Positions 23,701-38,700 of a stretch of DNA of 64,000 nt are shown piece after piece. Below the pieces are notes generated by a model. It saw only the letters and a program-made list of their open reading frames with translations. It was not told the DNA's origin and searched no databases. The translations under genes and the position numbers were made by a program. The stretch's first letter is position 1; each line of letters opens with the position of its first letter. This DNA is from Phoronis australis. Taxonomy: Eukaryota; Animalia; Phoronida. The stretch is from positions 221,208 through 285,207 of the forward strand of contig NMRA01000247.1 in the NCBI GenBank assembly GCA_002633005.1, in the 5' to 3' direction.

Positions 23701-26700
23701 GCAGGCTTGACAACAATTATGGCTTCTCTGAAATGTGTAGCAAGAAGGGTTACTTATTAAACCTGACAAACAGCAACTAGCCACTCCCTCTAGTATGTGT
23801 GCACAAAACAAGTCCATTCAACCCTGGTAATGACAGCCATGTTGCTTAAAATCAATTACAATTTGAGTATTGTACAAGTTGAGGCCAATTGTACAGCATA
23901 AAGTGGTAAGATAAGAAAATCACTAAATGTGCACCAACTGGAGCTTTAATTAAGGTCTGCAATTTGAACACCATGAAACTCAAAAAAATACAAAAAAAAA
24001 ATTTATTGCCACAGAACAGCAGAATTTGGTCTATTAAATTACTTTAACCAACGGCAGTTTTTCACGGAAAATTTCATGGTCTCTTATATGATAATTGCTC
24101 TCACATCTTTGAGATATAACAGCAGAACAACACAAGAAGTGCATGTGAAACCACAAGTCAGTTGCAACAGATCAAACGTTGCTCATAGAACATATAATAA
24201 TCAACAAAGACTGTGTTTCATGGACTAAACTTTTATAAAAGTGATTGCAGACATTATGAGAGATGATGAGATAATGGAAGGTGGCAAAGATACAGTAAGA
24301 TAACAAAACCTACCTTGCCACTGACTGGCTATCAGCAAACACATTCGTGCCCGCCTCTGTAAACACGTGTAGGAAGGAATTGACAGACACATTAGTACTC
24401 TCAATGTAGAAAGCCAGCTGCTTGAATGGGCCGTAGTCAAAGGATGGGTTGGAGTTGTACAGGTGATTTTTGACGTAGACTGGGTAATTACTGAGTGATC
24501 GGTTAGCCTCGTTCACGGTCACGCGGAACAGAATCTGATCATTGATCTCGAGGCAGATGAGAGGATTGGGCACCTCTGGGGCACCATCAGAAACGGTGGC
24601 AGTGGCAAGCAGACGACGGCGAACATTGTTGGCAGAAGATGCAATCTCATTCAATGGTGCTGGAAAAATAAATGATTATAGAGTGAACTGTGAGTTTACA
24701 GTCATTATTAGGTTGGCCTGATCAGAAACTGAGCCAAAGAAGCACAATACACTCAAGAGTCTAAAATGGAACTAAGCTCTTTAAACAATTACAGACAGCT
24801 AAATAGGACACTACTGTTATAGCAATAACACTTTTTACATACATATTTATTACAATTGATAAAAAGTACATCCATTCATAAATGCATACACACCTCAGGA
24901 AAGACAATTCTCCTATACAGTAAACAACTGCTACATGGAGTTAACAAAGACAACAAAATTTTCCCATTTCCCAGAAAAGCCCTCATAGACAAAATTTTTA
25001 TACCCAATTAATTTTTCAGCATTATAGCATTCATGAGTATATGTAACAAACGTGGGAATACGAGGTATATTTTTGTGACATCTCTCCTTAGCTTGTTAAT
25101 GTACTGTTTGGCTACTAATAGCAAAATGTTAAGTAGAAAATTATGTGCCTCATAAAGACAAAGAAACAATAACAATTGACAGAAGGAAGAGCCAGACAAT
25201 GCTCTAACTCACTGTTGAGTGATGCCGCCTGACTAGCATCGGTTGTAGCCACTCGACCAGTCACTCGGTCGCTCCAGTAGTTTAGAACAATAGTCTTCTT
25301 GGCTGCAGGTGCAGTGGGTTCTGGGCCAATCACATTGGTTAAAGTCTGAAACATTAAGTATTATCCTAAGCATGGTCGGTACTGTGGAGTAACATGTGAA
25401 CAATGAACATCAAGTATTATCCTCACCATGGTTGGTACTGTGGAGTAACATGTGAACAATGAACAATAAGTATTATCCTCACCATGGTTGGTACTGTGGA
25501 GTAACATGTGAACAATGAACAATAAGTATTATCCTCACCATGGTTGGTACTGTGGAGTAACATGTGAACAATGAACATTAAGTATTATCCTCACTATGGT
25601 TGGTACTGTGGAGTAACATGTGAACAATGAACATTGGTCATCATGGTGAACATGGGGAAACAGAAAATCATTGTGGGAAATTGGTGAATAAATATTAAAA
25701 AATAATATAAAAACGACTTATTCAACTTATAATTAAGAAAACATTGACATCGTTTAAGTTTGTAGTGCAAAACATTTCAACTTCAGAATTGCTCCAGTCT
25801 CATTTGCTTGAATGCATTCAGTGTCTCCTGCTTCCTCATTTTGAAATAACAAAACATTGAACGTGATTAACTATGAGGCAGAGAAATGAAGGTTAAATCT
25901 GCATTGTGTGACACAAATATGTTAAAATACATATTTTTAGCCTTCAAGCCTTTAGCCTTGCAAAAACACTTAATTGGCATAGCAACCTCAATATGTGCTA
26001 CACAGACAACAGTGAAACAGTTCCCAAATAAAATATCATACCTCACTATCAGTTTAGTGGCAAGTTGTTCCTAATGCCCACAATGTAAGCACCATCAAAA
26101 CCATTCACCAAAACTCATGAGTACACTCACCACTGTCTGTATATTTCCCGACGAGTCAGTTGAGGTTAATCCCACACTTCCATCGCTACCTCTTTCCACT
26201 TTAATCGTCATGTCTTTTTTACGGCACTCTGCATCACATACCTCGGCAGCAGTCACGTACTGGTTACATTTACACCTGAGGAGCAAATGATCATTACCAC
26301 TGAGGAAGCTTTCACCAGAACATTGTAGTAAAATGGATCATTGATGAAAAAGAGTTTCACTCATAAGTAAAGCGAAACACAAGTCAATTGCTTTATCATT
26401 AGATTTTCCGATAACAATTACAGACTGTGTGACTGCTGATCAAAGAAATTTATCTTACAAAGAGACAAATATAAATTAAAAAAAATATCAAAAACCTGCT
26501 TACCGATCATCCTCAAACGTTCCACCTCCATTGGGGCATTGTTCATCGCAGTTGACCTCTGACGGTCTGATACACTTCCTATCACTGGCACGCCGTACCT
26601 GACCACTGGAACATTTCTCGTCCACACGCTTCTGACAGTCACCACTGCCATCGCCGGCATCGGCGACCTCATTAAGCTCGTTGTAGTACACATACCCATC

Positions 26701-29700
26701 TTGGCACTCGCATGATCCATCCGATGGCTGGAAGTTACGGAATTTCCCGATGCACTTACAAGTGGCGGCACCTTTACCTGATGTTGATGAGCTGCCACAC
26801 ACTTTACACTTGGTCTGACCCTCAGTATTGGTGTATAAACCAGAAGGACATTCCAAACATTGCTCCAGCTGGAACTTCTGAGTTCCGCTGCCGTAAGTTC
26901 CTGGTTTGCATGCTGTCGGTCCCACTGAGCCCTCAGGACAGTAGTAACCATTAGGGCAGGAGACGGGGTCGGGACGGCCCCCTGGGCAGTAGAAGCCCTT
27001 TGGACATAGCTTGCAAGTCTCACCTGTCAGAGAGTCTCCATAGTAACCAGCTGGACATAACTCACACGATTCACTCTTTGAGGTCCTGTTTCCAGCATGA
27101 ATTAATGCTTTATAACCGAGATCACAGAAGTATAGACGATCCACACCTTCCGGGCAGTAATATGGGTAGTTGCATGGCATTGGGTTGATGGTGCCATTTG
27201 GACAGTAGTACCCAGCAGGACAAACATAAGGTGATCCTGTTGTCGGTGTTGGGCAGTAATGGCTGCCTCTACACTCGCTTGGACGGACGGAGCCTTCCGG
27301 ACATTCATATCCTTTACCATCTGGACAGGCAGCGCCACATGGTGATCCATGTGTGTTCTCAGTGTCATTCTCACAGAAATATCCTGGACGACACAGCGGA
27401 CAGTCATCAGGCATCGCCGCTCCAGGGTCAGGTCGCATGCGGCCAGCAGGACACAGAACGGGATCAGAGCCATTAAGACAGTAGTATGCTGGTGGACAGG
27501 GGGAGTCGGTGTAGTTCACCATCTTGGTGTTGTTGCACCAATAACCACCAGGACAAATGTGACAGTCAGAGAGGAATTCTGCCCCCACAGTGTCCCTGTA
27601 GGTCAGACGTGGACACTCAGTGGGTCCTACACCTTCCTCACAATAATGGCCCTCAGGGCATGGGTGCTTGATGGCATCACCTGTAAAAATGTCAATAATT
27701 CAAACTACTAAACAGCATGATGGTGATCAGTGTTTGAAGATAAGCTTCCATGGAATAGCACTCCAATCTGATAACATATAATAATGTTTTCAGCAGCCAA
27801 TGTGACAGTACAATGGAAATTTCTTTTACCTATTATCAAAGCAAGACTTCCAAGCAAAACAAATATTGACTTGGGACCCAAATGTCACCTCGTTGTGCAG
27901 GTGAGTACTTTTTCGCACATTGAAAATGTCTAGACAATAATAACCAGTTATGGTGAGTATGGGCATAAGTTGGAAGTTTTTTGCACAGAAGTTGCTCGTT
28001 GTCAGCCAGAGAGCAAATATAAGACCTCAAACTCCCTTTTGTTCAGGACAAAGTTTCCTGTTAATCAAACCCAGCAATAACCTATGACTCACCCTCCTTG
28101 CACCAGTAACCCCCAGGACACAATGCACAGTCTGATGCTTGGCTTCCACCCGGGGTTTCCCTAAGTCTGTGCTCCGGACAAGCCACAGGATCCGTCGTTC
28201 CTTCCGGACAGAAGAAGCCCGCTGGACAAGGTCCAGCGCACACTGTTCGCGCAGGACATGGGTCAATGTCAGGATTAGAAGGGGGTGGGTTTCCCTGGGG
28301 TGTGTAGCTGTCTGAGCCTGATAGACAAAAGTATCCTTGAGAGCAGTTGCCTCTTAGCTCACCTCCACTAAAAACATAAATAAACAGGCAGTTAATAAAA
28401 GCACCATCCATTGTGGACTTCACATGAAGCCGTTGACTACAGTAATGACAAATCCAATACAAAAATTCCCCTCGAAAGATAACAACTCTCTTCGAGGTTA
28501 GAATCAATTACAAAAATGAAGAAGTCGGCATGAGAAAGCTTTATTAACTGAAGAATCGACACGTAAACATCGCGCTTTGCAGTTGGAATCAGGATCTGAT
28601 CACATAGTGTTAACTGGTTTATTTCTTGACACATCCACTATTTAAGCAAATCCAGTTCAAAGACAAATCACAAGAACTGACGAGTGGTTAATTTTAAGTG
28701 GAAGGAAGGGTGTAAAACTGATGACCAGGGGTATTTTCCCCGATTCAAAAAGACCCCCTATTAGAATGCGTAGGCACCTGTATCATGACAAACTGCATCA
28801 CTAGCAATGTAAGCCCACACTGGCATGTATTATCTCACTGATACGGGCACAAAAACCAATGCGTAAAATTGTTCTCTTCCCAGCAGTTTTGATGCTAGAG
28901 CGTATAGTCAGTGACAAGTCTTGTGAGTCTAGCACATGGGTTGTCGTGGTGACTCTCTGTTCACGCCATATAGAATCTCATGATGGTACTTGTCATTATT
29001 ACTGTGACAACTCTATGAAATCAAGTGCCCAGATGTCGCGGCTGGTAAATGTACAGCAACGCATGTTGAAGTGTTCACTTATTAGCATAAACAAGTTGAG
29101 CAAATAAAACAACTGGGATCTTCAGAAAAAGTTGCAAAATGTGTGTTAAGAAAGAAATGCCATGTTACAGAAAAGCCAGCATCAAACACTGGATTTAAGA
29201 CCTCACCTGCAGTACATTCCATTCAGACACATGAGGCACTGTATAGCACTCTCTAGCCTTGTCATGTTATCAAAGGTGAAGGTACCATTAGGACACTTGG
29301 TTGGGTACTGACTACCCTCTGGACAGTAGTGGTATGACGGGCAGTCTTTGGGCTCTGGGTCATCAATACTGCGACAGAAGTAGCCAGCAGGACACTTGTT
29401 ACAGGAAGCTTGACCAATGGTGTCCTGACTCTGGCCAGGTGGACACACAAGAGGATTGGCACTGCCCTGTGGGCAGTAGTGGCCAACTGGACACAGGAAG
29501 CTAGCAGGCGTGGCTGAGGTGGCTGTGTAGTTGGAAGGACAGTAATATCCAGCAGCGCAAGGACCTGATGGTTGGCTCAGGCCTGCTATGGCACAGTAGT
29601 AACCACCAGTACAGGGCAGACAATCACTCTTGGAACTGGCACCTAAAAGAGGGAAAATAGTGTTAAATTTTATTCATAAAAACAACTACGGTTTTAAATC

Positions 29701-32700
29701 AACTTGACATATTTTGGTGTCATTTATTCAAACATCATAATCAGAAGAGAGAATATAGTGTCGCTGGGCCTAGCTAGGTGGCCACTATATTCTCTCTTCT
29801 GATGATGGTGTTTGAATACATGATACCGAAACATGTCAAGTTGTTTTAAAACTGTAGTTTTTATTAATATATGCTCCTACTTGCTATCATGGAGAGTGTT
29901 CAATTTGTCTACAGGAAATAACAAATGAATGCGAATTTCACTAAGTATGGAAAATTTTATATTATTACAATTCATAGTTCTTGGAAAGGTGGCAGACAGT
30001 CTAAAAGTTTAACGATATCATATCTCTGAAGCACACTAAATGCAAAAACACAATATTCTACTTGATGAATACATTTTATTATCAAATGTAAACAAACATT
30101 TCAATCAACTTGAAATAATCTTGCAGTTTTGGAAAGAAGCTGAGCAATTCAAACATAACTTATCCTCAAAAACTCACCAGTGACATTTCTCATTGTACCA
30201 GGAGGGCATTTCTGAGGGGTCGGTGTGCCCATAGGACAATAGTTACCAGCTGGGCAGGGTCCATTCTGGGGATACTTGACAGAGGGGCCGGGCGTGGCAC
30301 TATCAGCTCCACCTTCGCAGTAATAGCCAGCAGAGCAGGGACCTGACAAAAATGACAAACACTAACTGACAAGGTCTTCCTTGAAAATTAACCAATGTGG
30401 CAGAGGGCGCCACCAGAATACAAAGTCATAGGAGGAAACCTGACTATTGTAAAACACAGATGGTGGAATTTAATGATGACTCTATTGTATGTATACACAA
30501 CGTTGGGCTATACAAGTTGATTACTCTATTTTACAGAAAAAATCAGCTGTTTTTGTTACAGCTGACAACCATAAAGTATTAAAATAACTCAATATTGCCA
30601 TCAGTCTGGTGAGTGCTGTTCCATTGCTTGTGCTCTGCGTCTTTTTGTGACAAATTTTCCACCACATTGCATGCTACAGTAAACTGAATAATATTCATCA
30701 TAGTCATGCACATTTACAGACTCCAATCTTCTTTTTCATAACAATGCCACATATTTTGAATGCAAATTTTTAAACTCATTGAGTGTTGTCTTTTAAGCAA
30801 TTACCAAAGTCGAAGTACCATTATGCAACTGTAAATAAACTCAGTAAAAATGAAAAAATGTTACCCAAAAGAGTATGGTACTTTACACTGGACATCATAA
30901 CAGTGTTTTCGAAAAATTCTGAGCGAAACCCATTTTCAGGGGCTAAACACATTGCTTCTTGACTACAGAATCTTAGCATTATGTCAGGGACTGACCTTCA
31001 ACAAAATGCAACAAGCTTACAGGCATGCCACTCACCTGTGGGTATCACATTGCCAGGCCCAAGACAATACTGGCCTACAGAGCAGTCAGTGCACTCAGTG
31101 ACCTTACCAAGTCCAGTGATGTTGTTAAATGTGCCACCAGGGCACGCCAGCGGGTTGACACCAGCTGGGCAGTAGTAACCTGAATAAAAGATTTAATAAT
31201 AAGTCCAAGAGTTAGATTTATTTCCAGGATATATATTGTATTAACTGACATTGGTTAAATCGAAAATTTCAGCAACATTGGCTTCTCAGATTGTTCTAGT
31301 AAGACTGGTAGAGCTCTTTTGTAGGAAAATTGTATGGCCGACTGCATCCCCTGCTTTGCCATGAGTAAGCTTTAAAAGATATAGTATGAGGCAAGCTCCC
31401 CTTCATTGACAGTTTGTATACTAGGAAGTCATGTCCCTTCCAACAAGGTACCCTAGGACAACTTGCCCTAAAGCAACATGCCCCACTGGTGTTACCCGGG
31501 TGCCAACCACATGGAGCTAGGAAAAATGGTGGTTGACTATTTGCATGCTCCTTGTCATTTTTTAAGATTTCTCTGTCTTGCAGGTGCGTAATGCCAGTAG
31601 AAGACAGTTAATAATGTGTTAATATTAGATGAAACTGCTCAGTAGCACAGCTGGTTATAACATTCGTCTTGTCAGTAGGTTTGTGACCACAGTGCGACTT
31701 GCACTAGGGCCCGTTATCCAAGACCATGTTACCCTACCTCCATAAAATGAGGCAAATTTTAGCCCATGTGCTAATACCATCCGCACTACCAATGAAATTA
31801 GCAGCAACTCTTTACAAGTGTAACTTGTTTTAGAGCAACTCGTAATACAGCAAGCACTTAAGAGACACCTGGTGATGACTGAGCTGATAAACAATGAATA
31901 TTACAACGGCTTTCAATACGACACCCTGCTTACATTTTCACCGTGTACCTAGACATGCAAAACAATCCCACAAGAACTATCATTATGATTTTTCTAAACT
32001 TTGTTTTTGTGTTTTTGAAAGAACTTCCACCTTTTTCCATGAGGAGACATTTTTGAAATACCTCTAATTTAAAAGAGACTGTAATTGGAAACTTCAGGAA
32101 AACCAATTAACATTGATTCATCATTTACACAATAGCAAAGTCTTATCACACACTTTCTGACAGTGTTGTTGGCAGCAAGACATTCTTCAAACTGAACAAC
32201 AAACAGCTAGTAAAGATTACAATCTGATAAATATAAGCAACCCTTGTTTAAATGATGAAAGAACATTCTCATAAAAACCTGATGAAAAAAAGAAAGACAC
32301 ACCTTGCTTGCATGCAACTGGATTGGTCATGTTTGTCTCATGACACATGGAGGCTGCTGGACACATGGTGCAATTTGATTGGCCCTCATCAGATTGGTAG
32401 TAGCCAATGGGACAGCCGATTTCAGTTCCAGTTCCTTCTGGACACATGTGACCTCGAGGACATTTGTAGCCCATGTGCTCAGTACCCGGAAAACCTGGCT
32501 GAGCTGTGTTACTCCCACCAACGCACACATAACTGGAAAGACCAAGGTCCATCACTTAAATTACACATTACAAATGACTGCAGTCAGTCTGATATATCTA
32601 GTCTTACATAAGATATAGTCTGAAAGCACTCCAGAAATTTTCTTAGTAATTCAGCACCTTAGTAAGTAAATGCATGAAATTCTGGAAGATGCTAGTGGAG

Positions 32701-35700
32701 ATGAGTTCAATGTTAAAAGCAATTTATGTTTTGTAGGAAGTTACACTCCTCTGTCTCAGTTAAAGGAGCACAGACCCAGATGGCAGCACCAGTGGTATCC
32801 ACACGAAACAATCGACAAGTAAGTAGGTGTGCAGCAAGCACTGAATACATTCTTATCCAACATCAAGAAGATAATTACTTAATGCTGGTTTTGGTTACGC
32901 ATAGTCTCAGCTCCAGAGGGATTTTGACTACGATACATAACAAACTAACACAACATGCAGTTAAAGTTAAGGACCACATTATTTGTCAACCAATTTCACA
33001 AATTCTATTCACATGCAAATCAAAATACCTTTAACTTAATTACTCTAAACAGGGCAAAAATGAATTCAAATGAACAAATCAGTACAAAACAAACTATAAT
33101 AATTCAGACCACAAAAACAAATTTTAAATTCTAGAATCAAATCAAACACAATAACATATTCGTTTTTTTTAATTTAATTGTGCATGATATTACATAACAT
33201 AAAAACTCTTAAATTTAACAATAATGGTTTGTTTCAAAAACATAATTCGAAAATATATATATCAAACACTCATTCTGCCCTCTTACCCAGGAAAACAATG
33301 AGTGCAAGCTTTGCTGCAAGGACAAAATTGCCAATATAATTTGAAAATATTACCCATTAAATATGACCAGATGCAATATTATAAAATAATTAACTAATTC
33401 TTTATTAAAACAGTTGACAAATGACTTCACATTCAAAAGTCAATCCAAAAAGAAACATACTTCATTATATGCTTTCTTTCTTCCCTTGTAACTAATGACA
33501 TTCAGCATGGTTTATGCAACTACCTAACAGGTATGTCTTAAGAAGGAGGTGCGTGTGGAAGACACGTTCACAGGTGGACAGTAATGTTAGTATTAATAAC
33601 ATTAAAATCTCATCAATATATGACAAAAATAGTTGCAAAAATTGCCCATTTTTCATTACAGGTTTATTACACAAAAATACAAGTTTTGTAATGTGCAACT
33701 TTAACTCACCCCTCACTGCATGGTTTCTTGAGATCCACATTGGTCAAAGCCAGAATGTCGCAGTAGTGACCAGGTGGACACAGGCTACATTCCGACTCGG
33801 CCGTTAAGCCAGCATTATTGGAGAATTTACCCCTAGGGCAGGGGTCGGGGTATACTGAACCATTGGTACAATAATACCCTAAGGGGCAACGGCTATTTCC
33901 TGTGAATGAGGCACTGTTGCTTGCATTTATCTGTAAAATGATGATATGAAATATGAGGGACAAACATAAAACAATCTACTAAGAAATAGTTGAATCAAGA
34001 TGGACACAATACACAGAATGAAGTGTCTGTAATAAGCTACAATTTCACTATTTTTGGACAAAAATGATACTGTTTTGACTCTTTAAGCCGAGCTTTTTAC
34101 ATTGTTGTGAACAGCTATACTTTTTCAAGATAGATGGTATGCATCATTCAGAGCTTGAACAAAGCAAACCATTTATTTGGTGTTACATATCTTTTCTGGA
34201 GAAATGAGAAAACATAAGTTTCACTTGTTGGCCATATTGTGTCCATAATTGGTGAGACTTTACCATACAACTGATTACAGTAAAGTATTTCTAAGCAGTA
34301 AAATGGTGAAAAGTGCGAGAAACAATTTAACAAAAAAGGAAACAATTCTAATTTCTTGAAACAAAATCTTACCAAATGGTTCACAGGTGTTGGTGAGATG
34401 GCACCACCAGTGCAGTAGTGGCCAGCGTAACATTCTCCAGTAGGTGTTGACAGGCCCTCAGTTTCACAGTACTTTCCAGCTTCACAAGGCAAACAGTCGG
34501 CCTCTTTTTCATATTTCTCAGCAGGAGCGTAAGTCCCCGCCGGACATGGGAAGGATGTAGCCAGACCAGTAGCAAGGGGACAGTAGTGACCCACTGGACA
34601 CGGTGCGGGGTTGACCACAGGCTGGCCTGAAAAAGCACATTATGTTGTCACCACAATACTAGATCATAGGTAAAACAAGATATGATTTTTTAAACACACA
34701 AGCTTAGAGTGGAAAGAGGGGGAGTTATCTCAAGTACAGAAATGACATAGCACAAAATTTTTCAATCCATTAAGAGTTTTAAAAATATCAATCACTTGAT
34801 TTCCTGTATCAAAGGGCAATGATGATACTAGACTGCAATTTAGGCAAACCCTGAGACAAGTGTAAAATGATCACAGTTGTGTTTTTTAATTTATTGTAAC
34901 AGCCTTGTTTGTATCAAGATTCCATCTGATAGCAATTTGAGACACACAAATTTCAAAAGTCAAAAGTGGAACAAGTACAAGCTGATGCAGGATATGAGTT
35001 AAATATAAAGTTCTAAATTATTAATGAACAGACGATTCACATTTAATATCATTCTTTCTGTGAACAAGGACTGCCACAAGACCAGCAAGGTGTAACTTCA
35101 CAATAGAGGGCACTGCTTGCTATCACACTTTTACAATCTTGCATGCCACTGGGAAGTCATTATTGACTAAATGTGAATGATTTAACTGTGATTCGTCTCC
35201 GTGATATCAACTAGATGTAAGTAGAGATTGAGTGAACACAAATCTACTGATAAGTGAATCAGAGTATGTGCATAATGAAATAAACAGTGCAGTAGTGTTG
35301 AAATAGTTGGTTAGTGTTCCTTTAAAAAAGGAAGGTGTAACAATAAGAAACTGACATGGAGACAGACACAATAAATAAGAGATATGTGCACAGTGTAATG
35401 CAGTGTAAGGTGCAGGGCTGCAATAGGGACTTTACATTTACCATTGTATAAGGTGATGTTTCCTGAAACAAATAAACAAAACAACTGTTGCTTGGAAACT
35501 CTTAAAGTCACATAAAACATAATTCTAGGTCTTGGTCAGTCTTCATAATTATAATAACTTAAAGACGAAATTAAAAATAACAAGTTCACTCAGTATTCAT
35601 TACATGAATGAGATGGCTTTAATTAAATCGGAATCTGTACTCACACATGTTCATTTCAAAGTTTCAACTACTAAATTGACTATGGTCTGTGTGCGGTTAG

Positions 35701-38700
35701 GTGAAGATTCTGAGACAGTAAAACGATAAACATATATACATGTTCCATACTCAATAACTTAACTTTTATTTAACTTTCAGCCATTCACAGAGACCTCTCC
35801 GACTATGCTACACATTTAGCACTTCAATTCATATTTCTAAAAACCTGGAATTGACTTTTTCAACAAAATAAGAAATAGGCCTTGCATTGAATTGCTAGAT
35901 GTGACGAATATTCGTTGTATTTATTATTTTCCAATAATTCTCCACAAAATCAATTAAGATAATCTAACGACTCTTAACATAGTTGATTTCTCATCATATT
36001 AAACAGTTGGACAATTCAGGAGTCACCCCGCAGTAACAGTAGCAGTAAGTGTTCATAGCCACCTAGGCTGTCTGGTCAAACATTGAAAGGAAGATGTCAA
36101 TATCACAAGATATAGCTAACAGGTGGCGTGTCAAGCAGATAAATGGCCTTAAAACATAAGTAATCAAGTTAATGTTACCTCCAATAGCATCACAGTAGTA
36201 TCCAACTGGACATAGATCACAGGAACTTCTGGCCGCTGCATACTGATATGTGCCGTTGGGACACAGCAATGGATAGATGGCGCCTCGCTCACAAAAGTGA
36301 CCTCTGTAACACTCGTAGATACTGGGTGTGGCTGTGTCCTGACCCCCGGGGCAGAAGTAACCAGCTGAACACTGATCAGTAGGCACAACGTTGCCATCAC
36401 CTGGTGAAGATAACTAAAGATCTAAAACACAATTCCAATGATCAAAGATTGAAAAGTATACACAAAGCAGAGTTGGTTTTAGCAAGTGCACCCAGGGAGA
36501 AAGGGGTTATTTAGCTAAAGCCCTTCCTCAGCAAGTAACATAGAGGATCCTGGGTTTCAAGGAACTTTACAGGGTTGACAGCAGAAGGGTTGAGCATCCT
36601 CTTAAATATGCTTGTAAACTCAACACAGTAAAAACCATACTGGCATAATTTCCAATGAAATCTTGTCTCCATATATCAGTAGTTTTTCCAAATTATCGAA
36701 TTCCTACAACCAATTGTGCAGATGACTTTAATCAAATTGATAAAATGATAAATTATGTTCAAGACCTGCTACGTAAAGTAGATGTAAGGTTGCAAACACA
36801 CACACACTCGTACCTTGGCAGTAATAGCCGGCCGTGCAGTTAACACAGTCGCTCAGCTGATCATTGTTGTCTGTGTTGGAAAATGTGCCGGCAGGACAGG
36901 GCTCAGGCACACTTGTGCCTTGGACACAGTAGTGACCAGCTGGACACACGTGTTGGTCAGGTTCAGAACTGGTGTGGTTACAGTACCATCCAGCTGAGCA
37001 TTCGCCTGAAATGGACAATGGTGTTAATTTTTGGGATAATGTTATTTCAGTTACAAATGCTCATTGTCATTCAGTAATTCAAAGCTGCAATAAGTTTCCA
37101 TTGTTTGGAGTTAGGTCAACCAAGAGATAATAATATGACACTAACTTCAAAATTCGTGAAGAGTCATATAGTCCCAGATTATTGCATTTTGACTGATTCT
37201 TTTCTATGTAGGCACTCTTAACCAATATAAAAGTCATCTACATTGAGTTTTTAATTTTTACTGCAATCCTTACCATTTCTTAAACTTCAAATTTTAAAGC
37301 TTAGTCGTAAGGATGTGACTTTAATTATTTTTAGGCAAAATAGTTCATTTTTTTCTCTCGTTAATCAAAATGTTTCATCCATCAAAGACACAGCATGACT
37401 GAAACGAGCAGTGTAAAAACAACCCGCACGGTAACTGTGACAACGGCAAAGTGTTAAATCAAAACCACTCAGCGCATAGTAATACACACTACTGCATAGC
37501 AAAAAGACAGGAGTATTTGGAACCTTCCGACAATACAAGCTCAAATGCACAGCCCTCCCTCACCTGAGCGGAAAGGCGTGCCTGTGCTTTGTTTGGTTGA
37601 GGGAAAATCCCTCTAGGCACCACTAATTCAACTGCCTGGTAGGCAATGTCTCCAGTAGTTGAAACTAATGTGTTGAAGAAGTGATTCTAACTTTGAGAGT
37701 ATTTTTTCATTATTTTGGGTCTCATGGGGGGCATTTTGTGCAATTTTAAATATTTTTCGTAGGACAATGTTGGCCTAAATTTGGCTCCAAAATCGTGGCA
37801 TTGAAGGCCTTGAATTGAAGTGATAGAATCCACACTGACACCGCTCACTGTTTTGCGCCAACATGAAACTGGTGATGACCTGATGATCAATTAGCATCAT
37901 GTCAAATTCTTACAATACTAATGGTTGTGACGTGCTATTTTGCACAGTGTCAGTTTATGCCAAGTCAAAGCTGTTGTGTAAATGGCACATTAAAGACCAA
38001 GTAAAAATTACTACTCGATCATAACTCCTAAAACTGAGCAATGAATTTTAAGAAAAGTTCTCTTCAGAATGAAAACCAATTCAAATATAATCTGACCACA
38101 ACACTAGCCCCACCTGTTGGTAGATGAAGACCAGGCACAGCACAGTATTTCCCACCATCACAGGGGACAGGCTTGGCACTGCCCTGGGGACAGTAGTACC
38201 CTGGAGGGCACACCCCACCGGTGGTCATAGTGAAGTCTGGACAGGTACAGTCCCAGGTGGGAGTGCATGTGTCGTTAGAAAACAAGGATCTAAAGTGAAA
38301 GGGTGATTGTTAAAAACACATTATGTATTCAATGAAAAAAATTCCTAGCCACACATTGTCACATTTCAAATTCATTTTATTGGTAAAATGTGAACTATCT
38401 GCATATTAATCTATGATTTATTCACCATCAATATCTAAGTTATATAACTGGATCACAATAATCAGCACGATGCATTTCAAATTCCAGAAATAGAAAACTC
38501 TTAGTGAACAGTGTGTTCAGTAGCAATACGTACAGAATAGTTCCACTGGCGTTCACCAGGTGGCCCTGGTCATATGGACGCCTCTGATAAGAACCTCCAG
38601 TACAGAAGAAGCCTGCATCACACTGACCATCTGGGACTACATTAGCTGTGCCCTCACAATAGTAGCCTGGTGTACACTGTAGACAAGCACTCACGTTCTC

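Noticed and set aside
25350-25635. CRISPR-like regularly spaced repeats
   Set aside because: The units are contiguous and near-identical with no unique spacers, there are no cas genes, and the context is a eukaryotic intron. It is a minisatellite.
36480-36570. Possible old SINE core fragments (also ~31420-31520 and ~37500-37640)
   Set aside because: Resemblance too weak to support without a repeat-library search.
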